Shown: positions 12,912 through 26,000 of the stretch, piece after piece | Position numbering within the stretch: the stretch's first letter is position 1 | Layout: each line of letters opens with the position of its first letter | DNA from: Antechinus flavipes | Lineage: Eukaryota | Assembly: GCF_016432865.1 (NCBI RefSeq) | Contig: NC_067399.1 | Location: 1,922,001-1,986,000 of the forward strand | DNA length: 64,000 nucleotides | Direction of reading: 5' to 3' | Notes under the pieces: model-generated | Databases searched by the model: none | Seen by the model: the letters and a program-made list of their open reading frames with translations, nothing else | What the model was told of the DNA's origin: nothing | Position numbers and translations under genes: made by a program

Positions 12912-13974
12912 GTCGGCGTCCGTCTGCGGAGTGTGCATTTGCACCTGAGCGGTGCCCACCCCTCTGCGAGGCTATTCTGCGCCGTTGAGACGTCTGGCAC
13001 TCTCAGGGACAGTTGGGTCTGAAAGGGGCCGCTGTGTCACTTTGCAGAGAGACAGGAAGAATACAGTCTGGTGACGCTGCCGCCACCGCCACCAAGGAGT
13101 CTCTCTCTTTCTGTGGCTGCCACGGGGGCTGAGGGCGTCCAGGCCCAAGGAGGCTTGAGCTACGAGCCGGGGAGTCACGACCCCCGCCCGCCTCGGCTTC
13201 CTCACCTGTAAAATGGCCCTCGCCACGGCCCTCCCTGCCGGGCTGGTTTGTGAGGACTGTAAAAGCTTATCCCAGTACCTGGTACGCAATAGGCCAGTTC
13301 TGTTCCTTCTAGCACGCCCCGCCCCCAGTGCTCGGGCCTGGCTCCGCGAGGAGGGCGTCCGCGGGGTCCCCGCCTGTGGAGAGGAGGACACCAGGTGAAG
13401 ACCAGAGTGGGGGGAGCCGGGAGGGGAGAGCGGGAGGCGGCCCCGAGCTGAGTCCTGAGTGAGGGAACCTCCGGATGCTGAGAGGCAGAGGAAAAAGGGG
13501 GAGTGGGACGGCCCGGGCAGAGGGAAGTCACGGCCGACAGCTGGAAAGGGAGGCAGCTGGGAGAAGCCTGGGGGGGTGGGAGAGAGCATGTTTGCCCCTG
13601 GGGGTGATGTGCCCTGAGAAGGGGGGCAGGGTGGCCAGACTGGTGCTTCAGGAAGATCCCTGTGGTGGCTGGAGGGGGGAGAGATGGAGGCAGGCGGTGC
13701 TTCCCCCCCCTCCCCCCCCCGCCCCCACTGACTGCAGGAGTCCAGGCAGGGCCTGCACTGGGCTGGGGGCGGGTCAGAGGAAAGAGGAAGAGGAGGCCCT
13801 GACATGAGATGTGGAGGAGATGCAATGGCTGGGCCTGGAGGAGCTCCTGCTGCAGCCACATTGGTGCAAAACTTCTCCTTCCTCCTCATCCACACAGCCT
13901 CTCTTTGGGCGCTCAGCATTTCGTTTTTGAGCAGCTGCTGCTCTCCGATTTCTTGTTTCCTCTGTCTTTGGGAG

Positions 13975-14710
13975 ATCAGGAGGAGGAGGAAGGAGGAGAA
14001 GAAAGGAGGGAGAATAGAAGGAAATAGGGAAGAAGGAACAGGGGAGAATAGAGGAAGGAGAAAGGAAGGAAAGGAGGGAAGGATAGAAGGAAGGAAGAAG
14101 GGATAGATGGGAAGAGGGAATGATAGAGGGAAGGAAGGGAGATAAGAGGAAGAAAATGAGAATAGAGGAAGGAGGGAGGCTAAAAGGAAAGAAGGAAAGG
14201 AGGAGAGGAGAGAAGATGGAAGGAAGGAAAGAAGAGTGGCTATAAGGAAGGAATGAAAGGAGAGTAGAAGGAAGGAAGAAGAGATAGAGGGAAGAGAGAT
14301 GGAAGGAGAGAAGAAAGAGAAGGGGAAAGTAGATGAAGTAAAAAGGGATAAATAGAAAGAGGGGAGGATAGAGGGAGGGAAGGGAGATAGGAGGAAGAAA
14401 AGAATAATAGAGGAAGGAGAGAGGCTAAAAGGAAGGAAAGGAGGTGATGAGAGAAGATGGAAGAGAGGATAGAAGGAAGAAGATAAAGGGAAGGAAGGGA
14501 GATGGGAGGAAGGAAAGGAGAATAGGAGGAGGAAAGACAGAAGAGGGGAAAATAGATGGAGAGAAGATGGAAGAAAGGAAGGAAAGAATAGAAGGAAGGA
14601 GGGAAGGAGCAGGGAAGAGAGAGGAGAGGAGAATAGAGGAAGAAAGAGTTTGGAAGGATGAAAGGCAGAGAGAAGGGAGGAAGAAGGGGTAGAAAGGAAG
14701 GAGGAGGGGG
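13975..14710. repeat. Polypurine (GA-rich) low-complexity tract with an internal duplication of about 250-bp period
   Basis: Nearly pure A/G on +; the block aatagaggaagg..aggctaaaaggaa...gagaagatggaa recurs at about 14160 and about 14408. Confidence 0.9.
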
Positions 14711-16409
14711 CTTGCTCCAGCAGTTGCCAGGATGGCAGTGGGGGGCACGATTCCTCACCGGCTGCCACGCCTCCTCTGCTTCCTGCTGTTTCAGGGGCCT
14801 GGCTGTCTGTGCCCACGTACCCTCCCCTCCTCAGCGTGCCGCTCTCCTAGCAGCTCCTTTCTTTGGAGCCGGCCTGCCAGGCCTTGGCTTTGCTCCTGGA
14901 TGTTTCAAGACTCTCCTGGAGGCCCGTGGCCCTGGCCTCAGGACTTCCCAGGCGCTGAAGGCTGGTTTTCCCATGGACTCCCTTCTTGGGTTTTATTGCC
15001 CATGGATTGTGGTATCTTGGCTGCTGTTTCTCCCCTTGGTGTCTACTTTGGTGGGTGTCCAGAGGAAATCTTCTCTTCCCCTTTATCTTTTTTAAAAAAT
15101 AGGATTGTTGGCCCCCCTGTCGTTGTCACCCCTTTGCTAGCCAGTTCAGGCCCACAGCCTGTCACTTTTGTATTTAAACCCCACCTTTGTGGCCATTTGT
15201 CCGCCTCTCCAGGCCACCTTCCCCTTCGGCCTCCAGCCTGTGCACCTGGAGCCTCCCTTTCTTGAGTGATGGTGCCCCCCAGCAGCTTGTGCCCGCGGAC
15301 ATCGGGAGGCTCCAGGCTGATCAGGCGAAGCTCTGTGGCTCCAGGGCCTGGGAAGCTAGCCGAACGCTTTCCTCTTGTTCCTTGGGTCCTTCTCTGCCAT
15401 CCCTGGGCTCCCTCCCGAGCAGCCAGCTCTAGAAGAGGCTCAGGAAGGGCCTTGAAGTCATCTTTGAGCTGTAATGATGCAGGGGTTCTTTCCCTCTTCC
15501 ACCCGCTGCAACATTCTGGGGCTCTCCAGGATTCTGAAGAAGGTGGCCGGGTTCCCTCCCCATTGTCTGTGATAGGACCCATGGAGGATCCCGTAGGTCC
15601 CTGGGCCTCATACAGACCTCAGAGCCCACCCGGCCTCTCATAGAAGAGGGAAGGAAGGGGTGGTAAGTTGTTGTCTGAGCCAATGGCAGACGGGTCTGGT
15701 GACGGGACTGAACAGTTTAAGTCCTCTACAAGGATGTGCGCCTCTGGGCCAGGACCAGGGGACTGTCACCCCCTCCAGACTTTCCTGATGACCCTTTGGT
15801 CCTGTCGCTGCCACAGGCCTCAGATGCTAGGCCCTCTGACACACTCCTTCCCATGAGGTAGGGTCTGCATTTGATGAGTCTGGGGCCTCCCTCCCCCTCC
15901 TCTTCCTGAGCTATTTCTACTCTTTGAATGAATCTAAATGTGAGAGTTGAGAAACTGCCCTGGGATCCTTTCTGAGGCAGGCGGCCACCCTTGGCCATCT
16001 CCATCTTGGGGAAGAAAATGTCAGAGGATATGTGCAGGAGAGCTGAGCTCCAGGAGCCAAACCTTTTTGTTTACAAAAACATGGCTTTCCTTTTTGATTT
16101 TTCCTGTGCTTCAATCTGCTTGTTAAATTAAATTTTGATTCCTTTACTTTGATGAATTAAAATGATGTCTGCTCTGAATGAGTATCCCGCAAATGTTCTA
16201 CTTTAAAAAATAGTAAGTTTTATGGTTCCTGCCCTAATAAGGGGGGCTACCTACACCTTTGTCTCTGAGTGACCTGCAGATCACAAGTGTGGAAGGCCCA
16301 GGTTGCCCCTGGGAGACATGGAAGCTTTCTTATAAAAGAGACTGAACTTGCAACTCTTTCCACAATCTGCCTTCTTCCTGTGACAAAAGAGCATTGCCGA
16401 GCACAGAGG

Positions 16410-16630
16410 CAGTTACTCAATCCATCAATAAACATTAAGTGCTTTTTGTTTGCCAGGGACTGTGCTGAGAGCTAGAGATATAAAAACAAAAGGCAATCCC
16501 TGCCCTCAAGGAGCTTCTAGTCTAATGGGAGAGACAACATATACACATAACAACACCGCAAGGTAGATGTAGGGACACGAGACATGAGAAGCAAGGCTCT
16601 GGATTGAAGGGAGCTGGGGAAGGCTCCCTT
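16410..16630 (-). mobile_element. L2 3' end
   Basis: caataaacattaagtgc...tgccagggactgtgctgagagc...ccctgccctcaaggagctt, the antisense L2 tail. Confidence 0.65.
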
Positions 16631-16635
16631 TAGAG

Positions 16636-16839
16636 CAAGGCTGGGGATTCCTTTTTCTTTCAAGGGCCATTTAGATCTTTATGACATCATTCACGGCCCA
16701 TACAAAATTATCAGTACATGGAACTTAAGCAGTGAGAGGTTGCTGTACCTAGTTTTTGGCTAATTGTTGTCAGTAGTTGCTTTAACAAATGATTTCAAGG
16801 GCCATATATGGCCCACGGGCTGGAAGTTCCTCACCCATG
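16636..16839. mobile_element. hAT-Charlie type non-autonomous DNA transposon (MER-like)
   Basis: Degenerate TIRs caaggctggggatt / agttcctcacccatg; 8-bp flanks ctttagag (16628-16635) and ctgtagaa (16840-16847) fit the hAT-Charlie nTCTAGAn target preference. Confidence 0.6.
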
Positions 16840-17724
16840 CTGTAGAACAGGAGATTTTAGTGGAGATTCTAATAGAAGCCAGGGAGGTTATTACCTCCTA
16901 ATTGGGGGTGGGGGCTCAGATTTCTGCTCTTCAAAATAAAGGGAGGGGGCTAGTTGCCTTTTGAGAACCTTTTCAGCCTTAAATCTGGGATGCTAGGGGG
17001 CTAATTGGAGCCCACTTGCCAAGACTTTGAATGCTGGAAATTGGCTTCATTATGGGATTTACTTCTCACCACATAATCCCTATGGGATTCAAGGGCTTGA
17101 AGGGTGTGCCCAGGCCACACCACCAGACTTCCAACTTTCCCATTTTCAGGAAATGTCCCTGCCTCGTGGTCATGGGGGATTCCCTCCCTGTTTTGAATAT
17201 CTGAAAGGGTCCTTCCCCCCTCACCAGGAGACCTATAGCTCTTAGCCCTCCCAGAGTCCTATACTAAACCTTTACTGGGGTGAGTTACAACACATGGCAC
17301 AGCACTCAGATCAGCCCAGCCCAACATCCCTCACCTGCTGCCATAGACCCAGTGGAGGACACCCCCAGGATTCCTACCAAAAATCAAGACCATGCTTTCT
17401 GGCCCTCCTGAACCATCACATCTGGTCAAGGGAAGGAAGATGTGAGGCTGGGGGTGGGGCCCAGACAGACACAATACCCAGGAAGATGGCTGAACTCTGT
17501 TCTCTCTGCTGACCCACCCCCAGCATTGAATTTCTGGCCCAGGAAAGATTGGAATGGGGGGTTGACTGCTATCTGGTCTAGGCTATACTCCCGAATGAGG
17601 CAATGAAGGAATGGGATCATGTTGGCAGGCCCAATGGTTAGTTATACTCTCTAGTCCAAGAAACAGATCCTGGGACTAAATATTATATTATTAATATCTC
17701 CCTCTCCTGCCTCCTGACTCTACC

Positions 17725-20700
17725 AGTGAGTCAGCCAATCAACGAGCATGCATTGAGCACTTACTGTGTGCCAGCCATGTGCTAAGAGCTGGAAATGCAA
17801 GGACAGGTAAAAACAGTCCTTGCCTTCAAGGAGCAGCTAGTATCTAATGGTGGAAACAACATGAAAATGACTGTGTACAAACAAGATACATAAAGGATTA
17901 AACGACATAATCTGAGAGGAGAGGCACCAGCACTGAGGGGAATTGGGAAAAACTTTTGGATTGGAAAGGAAGGAGGAGGTCAAGTAATGGAGGGCTTTAA
18001 CATGGAGGATGTTGTATTTGTTCCTGGAGACCATGGGAATCCAGTGGAGTTTGTCAAGTAAGGAGTGACATGATCAAACCTGTGCTTTCAGAAAATCACT
18101 TTGGTAGCTGAATGGAGGATGGACTGGAGTGGGTAAAAACTTGAGGACAGCAACCCCCCAGCAACTGTTGCAACAACCTGGGCATTTGGTGACTAGGCTC
18201 CGTACCAGGGGGAAGGGAGGGAGAGAGGAGAGAATCTGAGAGATGCAGCAGAGGTGAAATGGATCAGAGATGCTGCAGAGGTGAAATGGACCAGAGATGC
18301 TGCAGAGGTGAAATGGATTGGAGATGTTGGAGAGGTGAAATGGACCAGAGATGCTGCAGAGGTGAAATGGATTGGAGATGTTGGAGAGGTGAAATGGACC
18401 AGAGATGTTGCAGAGGTGAAATGGATTGGAGATGTTGGAGAGGTGAAATGGACCAGAGATGTTGCAGAGGTGAAGTGGACCATAGATGCTGCAAAGGTGA
18501 AATGATCAGAGATGTTGCAGAGGTGAAATGGAGCAGAGATATTGCAGAGGTGAAATGGAGCAGAGATGCTGCAGAGGTGAAATGGATTGGAAATGTTGCA
18601 GAGGTAAAATGGATCAGAGATGCTACAGAGATGAAATTGACCAGAGATGTTGCAGAGGTAAAGTGGATCAGAGATGTTGCAGAGGTAAAGTGAATCATAG
18701 ATGCTACAGAGGTGAAATGGATGAGAGATGTTGGAGAGGTGAAATGGACCAGAGATGCTGCAGAGGTGAAATGTACCAGAGATGTTGCAGAGGTGAAATG
18801 GACCAGAGATGTTGCAGAGGTAAAGTGGATCACAGATGCTACAGAGGTGAAATGGATGAGAGATGTTGGAGAGTGAAATGGACCAGAGATGTTGCAGAGG
18901 TGAAATGGATCAGAGATGTTGGAGAGATGAAATGGACCAGAGATGTTGCAGAGGTGAAGTGGATCAGAGATGCTGCAAAGGTGAAATGGACCAGAAATGT
19001 TGCAGAGGTAAAGTGGATCAGACATGCTACAGAGGTGAAATGGATTGGAGATGCTGCAGAGGTGAAATGGACCAGATATGTTGCAGAGGTAAAGTGGATC
19101 AGACATGCTACAGAGATGAAATGGATTGGAAATGTTGGAGAAGTGAAATAGAGCAGAGATGCTGCAGAGGTGAAATGGACCAGAGATGCTGCAGAGGTGA
19201 AATGGACCAGAGATGTTGCAGAGGTGAAATGGATTGGAGATGTTGGAGAAGTGAAATGGACCATAGATGCTGCAGAGGTGAAATGGACCAGATATGTTGC
19301 AGAGGTAAAGTGGATCACAGATACTACAGAGGTGAAATGGATTGGAGATGTTGAAGTGAAATGGAGCAGAGATGTTGCAGAGGTAAAGTGGATCAGAGAT
19401 GCTACAGAGGTGAAATGGACCAGAGATGTTGGAGAAGTGAAATGGACCAGAGAAGCTGCAGAGATGAAATGGACTGGAGATGTTGGAGAAGTGAAATGGA
19501 CCAGAGATGTTGGAGAGGTGAAATAGAGCAGAGATGCTGCAGAGGTGAAATGGATCAGAAATGTTGGAGAGGTGAAATAGAACAGAGATGCTGCAGAGGT
19601 GAAATGGACCAGAGATGTTGCAGAGGTGAAATGGATTGGAGATGTTGGAGAAGTGAAATAGAGCAGAGATATTGGAGAAATGAAATGGATTGGAGATGCT
19701 GCAGAGGTGAAATGAATCAGAGATGTTGGAGAGGTAAAGTGGATCATAGATGCTACAGAAGTGAAATGGATTGGGGATGTTGAAGTGAAATGGACCAGAG
19801 ATGGTGCAGAGGTGAAATGGACCAGAGATGCTACAGAGGTGAAATGGAGCAGAGATGTTGCAGAGGTGAAATGGAGCAGAGATGTTGCAGAGGTGAAATG
19901 GAGCAGATATGTTGCAGAGATAAAGTGGATCACAGATGCTACAGAGGTGAAATGGACCAGAGATGGTGCAGAAGTGAAATGGACCAGATATGTTGCAGAG
20001 GTAAAGTGGACCACAGATGCTATAGAGGTGAAATGGACCAGAGATGTTGGAGAAGTGAAATGGAGTAGAGATGTTGGAGAGGTGAAATGGATCAGAGATG
20101 CCACAAAGGTGAAATGGATTGGAGATGTTGCAAAGGTGAAATGGACTAGAGATGTTGGGGAGGTGAAAAATCAGTAAGAAAGGCTACAGAAGTATTATCA
20201 GGCCTTGACACCATATTGGGTGATTGATAGAAAGGTAGAGGGGAAGGGTTAGGGGTAGAGATCCTAAGTTGTGGTTTGGACACATTGAGTTTCAGATGTT
20301 TACTGAACATCCAGTTGGAGATGAGAAACTGAGGCAGAATTGATTTGAGATTGATAGATCAGAGATGTTGGAGAGGTGAAATGGATCAGAGATGCTGATC
20401 TTCAGCATAGAGATGGTCATGAAACTCATAGAAGCTGATGAGGTCACCAGAAGAAGAGTCCAAGACAGAGTCCTTAGGGACACCTACAATTGCAGGACAC
20501 TGGGAGAACAACTAAAGAGCATACCTTGAATATCTGCCGATTAAGGAAAGACCAAACAAATGACATGGGAAGGGAGTAGCATTTTACTGCGTCCCAAGAA
20601 TCGAGAATAGGAGTCCTCTGGAAAAGCACTGGGAAGAATCCTTGGAGCATCGGAACCCAGATTCAGTTCAGCAGCTAGATATGGTTCCAGAGTGTGCTTG
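17725..20700 (-). mobile_element. L2 element split by an internal minisatellite expansion
   Basis: Antisense L2 tail at 17725 (caatcaacgagcatgcattgagcacttactgtgtgcc); L2-like sequence runs to about 18230 and resumes at 20180-20700. Confidence 0.7.
18230..20175. repeat. 21-bp minisatellite, roughly 90 copies
   Basis: Unit agagatgttgcagaggtgaaatggacc-like core repeating every 21 bp, with variant copies and occasional 18-20-bp units. Confidence 0.95.
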
Positions 20701-21584
20701 AGCAAACACATCTCCCTCCTTTTAGCAGAGATGCAGACTGCATAGCTATCATCAGGGGATTTTGCTGAACTTTTTCTGTTACATGACCTCCTCCCACCCC
20801 TCATCCACAGGCCAGTGATCTTCCCCTCCCTTTTAAATAGGTAAATCCTTTGCTTTAACCACCTCGCTCACTTAGTCTGGTCACGATTCAATTTCGGGAC
20901 TTTCCACTTCTTCCCCAGCTGCCTTGACTTTCTTGGGTACCCTCACGCTTCCTCCTTCCCTCTCCCTTTCCAGCTCTTTGCTTCCTGAGGGCAGGATCTG
21001 TCTTGCTTGCTTATCTTTGTTTCGCCTGCACTCAGCACCATACCTGGCACACAGTAAGCTTTTAACAAATGCTCTCCATATTGGAAGCAGCCATTTTTGC
21101 AAGGAGGAGGGACCATTAGAAATGGCCAGGATTTCAGAAGTAAGTGGCATCTGTGTAGACCAGTCTAGTGCCTCGGATTCCGAATCCTCCTAGACCAGCC
21201 AGCAGGAAGCAAAGGGTTTCTTGAGCCATGCTAGGGGAAAGGCTACTCAGCAAGGACATTCAGCCGGGCTCTGCTGCTCAGAGAGCTCCCCTCTGCACAT
21301 AGACATCAGCCGGCGGAGGCGGTGGCCCGAGCCCTCCGCCTCCCAGCAGACAAGTTCGAGACCCAAGAAGGAATCCAAGCACAGCCTCCCCAGTAGGGGG
21401 CGGACCTGCTATACCATCAGTACACCTTTATTTTTCGTTTTAAATCAGAAAAGGACACACTTCTTTGGTGCTGGGGCTGGGTGGGGGGGAGCGCACCTGC
21501 TTCAGTTTCTGCAAAACTGCGGCTTCTGCCTTTCTGAAACTTGGGGGGGGGGGGAAGAATTAGAACGCTGTTGGTCTTTGGCAG

Positions 21585-22420
21585 GTAATCACTCAATAAA
21601 CATTTATTAAACACCTGCTGTGTACAAAAAGACCCAGTCCCTGACCTTGAGAAGCTTACAGTCTAGTTGGGGGAGGTGGTAACGACAATATGCAAAACAA
21701 GTTAATGGGAAAGACACTGACATGAAGAAGGGTTAGGGAGGGCTTCCTGGAGAAGGGGGCTTTTTGAGGCGGGGCTTAAAGGAAGCAGGGGAATGGAGAA
21801 GGGAGAGTGTTCCAGGCCTGGGGGACACCAACGAGAATACCCAGAGCTGAGAGATGGGGGTCTTGTTGGCTGGGGTTACAGGACTAAAGAGTATACTTTG
21901 GGGTGTAAGAAGTCTGAAAGGAAGGAGGGGCTACATCGAGAGGGCGTTGGAGGCCAAGCAGAGAATTTTGTATTTGTTCTTGAGAGTGATAGGGAGCCAT
22001 TGAATTTTACTGAGCAGGAGGTGACAGGGAGAGGTCTCTGCTTTGGGAAAATCACTTGATTGGCCGGATGGAGGGTGGACTGGGATAGGGTCACTCCTGA
22101 GGCTGGCGGAGCCCCCAGAAGCCACTGCAGGGTTCCAGGTGTGAGGATGAGGGTCTGCCCCAGGGGAGGGCAGGTTCAGAGGGAGCGTCTGAGAGGCTGC
22201 CGAGGTGAAAGCACGGGCCTTGGCGCCACATTGGATAAGCCAGTGGGGGGAGGCAGGAAGAGTTCTTCAAGGATCCAGGGTGACTGTGAAGTGGGAGGTG
22301 GATGCTGCATTCAGAGCAGTGGGAAGGGAGGGGAAGGGGAGGGGCTTAGGAGATCCACATCATGGCCTTGTGGAAATGTCTTTGGCCATATGGAATGGAA
22401 ATAAGGGAAATGTCTTTCAA
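21585..22420 (-). mobile_element. L2 3' region
   Basis: aataaacatttattaaacacctgctgtgt tail followed by the ttgagagtgatagggagccattg...atcacttgat motif. Confidence 0.65.
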
Positions 22421-22439
22421 GTTCCACCAAAGGGCTGTA

Positions 22440-22905
22440 GCCCAGCTACCTGGCAGCTCTAGGGAGGGGTACCCAGCAGCTCTGGGGATGGGTACCTGGC
22501 AGCTCTAGGGAGGGGTACCTGGCAGCCATGGGCACAAATACCTGGTAGTTCTGGGGATGGGTACCTGGCAGCTCTAGGGATGGGTGCCTGGCAGCTGCGG
22601 GCAAGATACCTGGCAGCTTTGGGGATGGCCGCCTGGCAGCTGTGGGGATGGGTACCTGGCAGCTTTAGGAATGGGTACCTGGCAGCTGTGGGCACAAATA
22701 CCTGGTAGTTCTGGGGATGGGTACCTGGCAGCTCTGGGGATGGGTGCCTGGCAGCTCTGGGGATGGGTACCTGGCAGCTCTGGGGATGGGTGCCTGGCAG
22801 CTCTGGGGATGGGTACCTGGCAGCTACGGGCAAGATACCTGGCAGCTCTGGGGATGGCCGCCTGGCAGCTGTGGGGATGGGTACCTGGCAGCTGTGGGTA
22901 TGACC
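22440..22905. repeat. 23-bp minisatellite with variant units, about 20 copies
   Basis: Unit tggggatgggtacctggcagctc alternating with the gtgcc variant and gggcaagatacc / gggcacaaatacc variants. Confidence 0.9.
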
Positions 22906-23063
22906 AGAGGCTGACAGGCTCCGGGGAAGCACCAGCCTGAGCACTGGCATGGGATTACCTTCCCCCTTCAAATGCCGAGCCCCGTCCTTCTTAAAGCCCG
23001 GCAGAACCCGGCTGGGAACTAGAGTCCTAGGCCTTCGTCAGGCGTGGCGCTGCTGGGTCAGGC

Positions 23064-26000
23064 TCAGGGACCCTCGGTCAAAGCGGTGGCTCCACTTTGG
23101 GCTCTGCTGGGACTGGGGGTCCTGGACACGGGCACCTCGTTCCTATGGGAGGAGAAGAGGGAGAAGAGAGCCAAGCTGAGGGGGGGCTCCCGCTCCCACC
23201 GGCCCCCGTGCCCTCTCTCCGAACCGGGCCCCCTCTCTCTCCACCCCACCCCATTTGCTCAAACCCTGAGGACAAGATGGCCCCCTCCGTTCCCCAAGCA
23301 GCTCCTCCACCAGCCCCCGCTTCATCTCCTAGCCAACTGCCCCCCCATTTTGTCTCCCCTAACTATTCTCTCTTGCTGCTGCTTTGGGTCTGCCCAGCTC
23401 TGAATCCTGGGCCCTCGCTGACCACTACCCTTCTCTCTCCCCGGTTCCCCTTCTCCCCGAGCCCCAGGTCAGCGCGACCAGGCTGGGAGTGCGTCGGGCC
23501 CGCGCGTGTCCGCTCCCGCTGCCCACCTCAGCGCGTCCAGCTCGCGGGCGATCTCCTGGCGCCGCTGCTCGGTGATGGGGTACGCCGACAGGATGGCCAG
23601 CCCCAGCAACACCATGCTGGTGGGGACGGCTCCGATCAGGACCTTGAGCGCCAGCACCGCCTGCTCAGACTGCTTACAGGCGCCGGACTCGTACCCTGCG
23701 AAGCTGAGACGCCCCCGTAAAGCCTCCGCCCTCCCCGGCTCGGGGCCCACAGCGGGGGCCCCCGAGGACAGGGTGTCCCTGTGAGACGGGACCGGGGAGG
23801 GAGGGTGGGGGCCAGGGGGCTGACTCGGCGGAAGGGATCTGTCTCGGGATCTCCCCAAGCCCTGGGACATGAGGCGGGCAGATCGGCCAGGGATGAGCCC
23901 AAACACTCCAGAAAGGAAGCTGAGGGAGCTCCCTGGGCCCCAAGGCTGCATAAGGAAGCCAGGCGCCCCCAGCCCCCTGACCCTGCTGGGCCCCCAGGCC
24001 CCCTCAGACCCCCTGGTCGCCCCTGGGCCCCCGCCCAGCCTCAGTCACTCACTCCAGGCTCAGGGTGGAGATGCCCAGGGCCCCGGCCCCCGACAGCTTG
24101 GTGAAGAAGACATAGGAAGAGTAGAAGATGGTTTCCAGGCCTTTCGGAGCAGGTTTCTGGAGCCTGAAGTCATCCACAACATCGGGCAGCATGGACCTGG
24201 GACAGAGCCCCCCAGTGTCTGTGACCCCCGGGGGCCTCCCCGCGAGCGCCCCCTTCCCCCTCTCTGTCCCACCCCGGGGCATCTGCGGGGGAGAGCGCCA
24301 GGCCCAGAGTCAGGAAACCGCGAGTTGGGATGGGTTCCTCCCCTGCTTGGGCCTCCCTCCCCGGCCATCCAGAGGGCAGTGAGGGGAGGATTGTGGGACG
24401 CTCAGCACGGGCCTGGGCACACAGGAGGGGCCACGTGCCCCCCACCCCGGGCCAGAAGCTCCGGGGCCTCCGCCATTCCCAGCCTCCCCAGCCTGTCTGG
24501 GCACTGACCGGACCCTTCCAGCTTGCCTTTGCCAATCCCAGAGCCCCGCTCCGGTCCTGCCCGCCTGCCTTCGATGCCCCTGCCCCGGCCCACCCGGAGG
24601 AGCCTGGCCCCGGCCACCTACCAGGGCAGCAGCGAGGCCACGGCAATGCTGGCACCGGACACGAAGGCCATGCTGTAGGCCACGGGGGCGGTGGGCACGG
24701 CTGCCAGCAGGAGCGCAGAGGGCACCATGGCCTGTGGAGGGGAGGGGGCCGTCAGAGGCCGCCTGAACCCCCCCTCAGCTGGGCCCCCTCCCGCTCACTC
24801 ACCCCGATCCCGCAGGCTGCGGTCTTCTTCCCCACTTTCTGCAGGAACCATTCCCAGAAGGGGGTGCTCAGGACAGCTGCCACCTTGGGGGGCGGGGAAC
24901 CGGGCTGTCGTCACCATGGGGGGCAGGGAGCTCCAAGCCCACCACCGCCTCCCACTGGTGACCAACACCTGCTGTGCGGGGCCTCCCCCCCCATACCCTG
25001 CTCCCTCCCCCATCCCCCGCCTCAGGGCCCCCCTCACCAGCACCAGCAGCACCAGGTTCTGCGTGTGGCTGTGCAGGGGGCCCGCGTGGGTGCAGAACAG
25101 GACCAGATAGCTCTGCTGAACCTGTGGGGGCGGGAGGCCAGCGGCTGTCGGGGGACCCCAGAACCCCGGCCCCTCCCGCTGCCCCTCCCCCCCGCCCGGG
25201 GTCCTGGGGGAGCCTTCTGGAGGGGGGGGAGAAGTCTCGGCCTTCAGGCACCTTCGCAGCCTCCTCCCCTCACTCGGGCCATCCCGGGGCTCTCCGAGGG
25301 CGGGGCGGGTTGGGGGAAGGGGCCGGGCCGGAGGTACCTGGACGGCGGCGGAGATGAAGAGGAAGGCAGCCACGAGCCGCTGGTAGGGCTGGTGCCGGAG
25401 GGTGCGGCCGAGCCCCTGGAGGAAGGAGAGCCCCTGGCGCTGGAGGCCGCCGAGATCTGGAGGCCGCGGCAGGCAGGGGTTAGAAGAGTGCCCGCCCCGG
25501 GTTCCCCCGTTCGTCCCCGGGTCCCCCGCCCGCCTCCCCCGTCACCGTCTTCCTCGGAGGTCCCCAGGGCCAGCAGGGCCGCGCACAGGGGGTAGGTTCC
25601 CGCGACGACCCCGGCGGCGATCATGTAGAGCTGGCTCTGTGGGAACGGCACGGTCACCAGGGGGCGCCTCGGCCCGCCCCCGCCGCTCCCCCAGAAGGGC
25701 CCCGGCTCACCGTGTGCGGAGGGGTACCCGAGCCCAGGGAGGGCGGCGGGGCCGTGAGGTTGGCCTCCGGGCACGTGGGGGCCTCGTGGGCGCCGGCCAC
25801 GATGAGACCGTGGGCAGTGGCTCCAATCAGCGTGCCGGCCATCTCCGCGGTCATCCCTGGGGGGGGGGGGAGGGGAAGAACAGGGCCAGGGTCACGAGCT
25901 CACCCCTCCTCCACCCAGCCCCCAAAGTGAGCCTCAGGAGTGACCAGGAAGCCCTCAGCCTCATCCAGGCTCCCTCCCCTTCCCCGAGAACGGGGCTGTC

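Noticed and set aside
12972-14816. 614-aa hydrophobic Leu/Ser/Pro/Phe ORF resembling a membrane protein
   Set aside because: It is the translation of a polypyrimidine tract, which cannot contain stop codons.
15043-15643. 179-aa minus ORF and 125-aa plus ORF in unique sequence between WDCP and MFSD2B
   Set aside because: No recognisable domain or splice architecture; GC-rich background explains the length. A tblastx conservation test could rescue it.
18193-20177. HFTS / VKW repeat ORFs up to 421 aa, and the array as a CRISPR-like locus
   Set aside because: Head-to-tail 21-bp minisatellite with no unique spacers, inside a mammalian L2; frames are open because of the periodicity.
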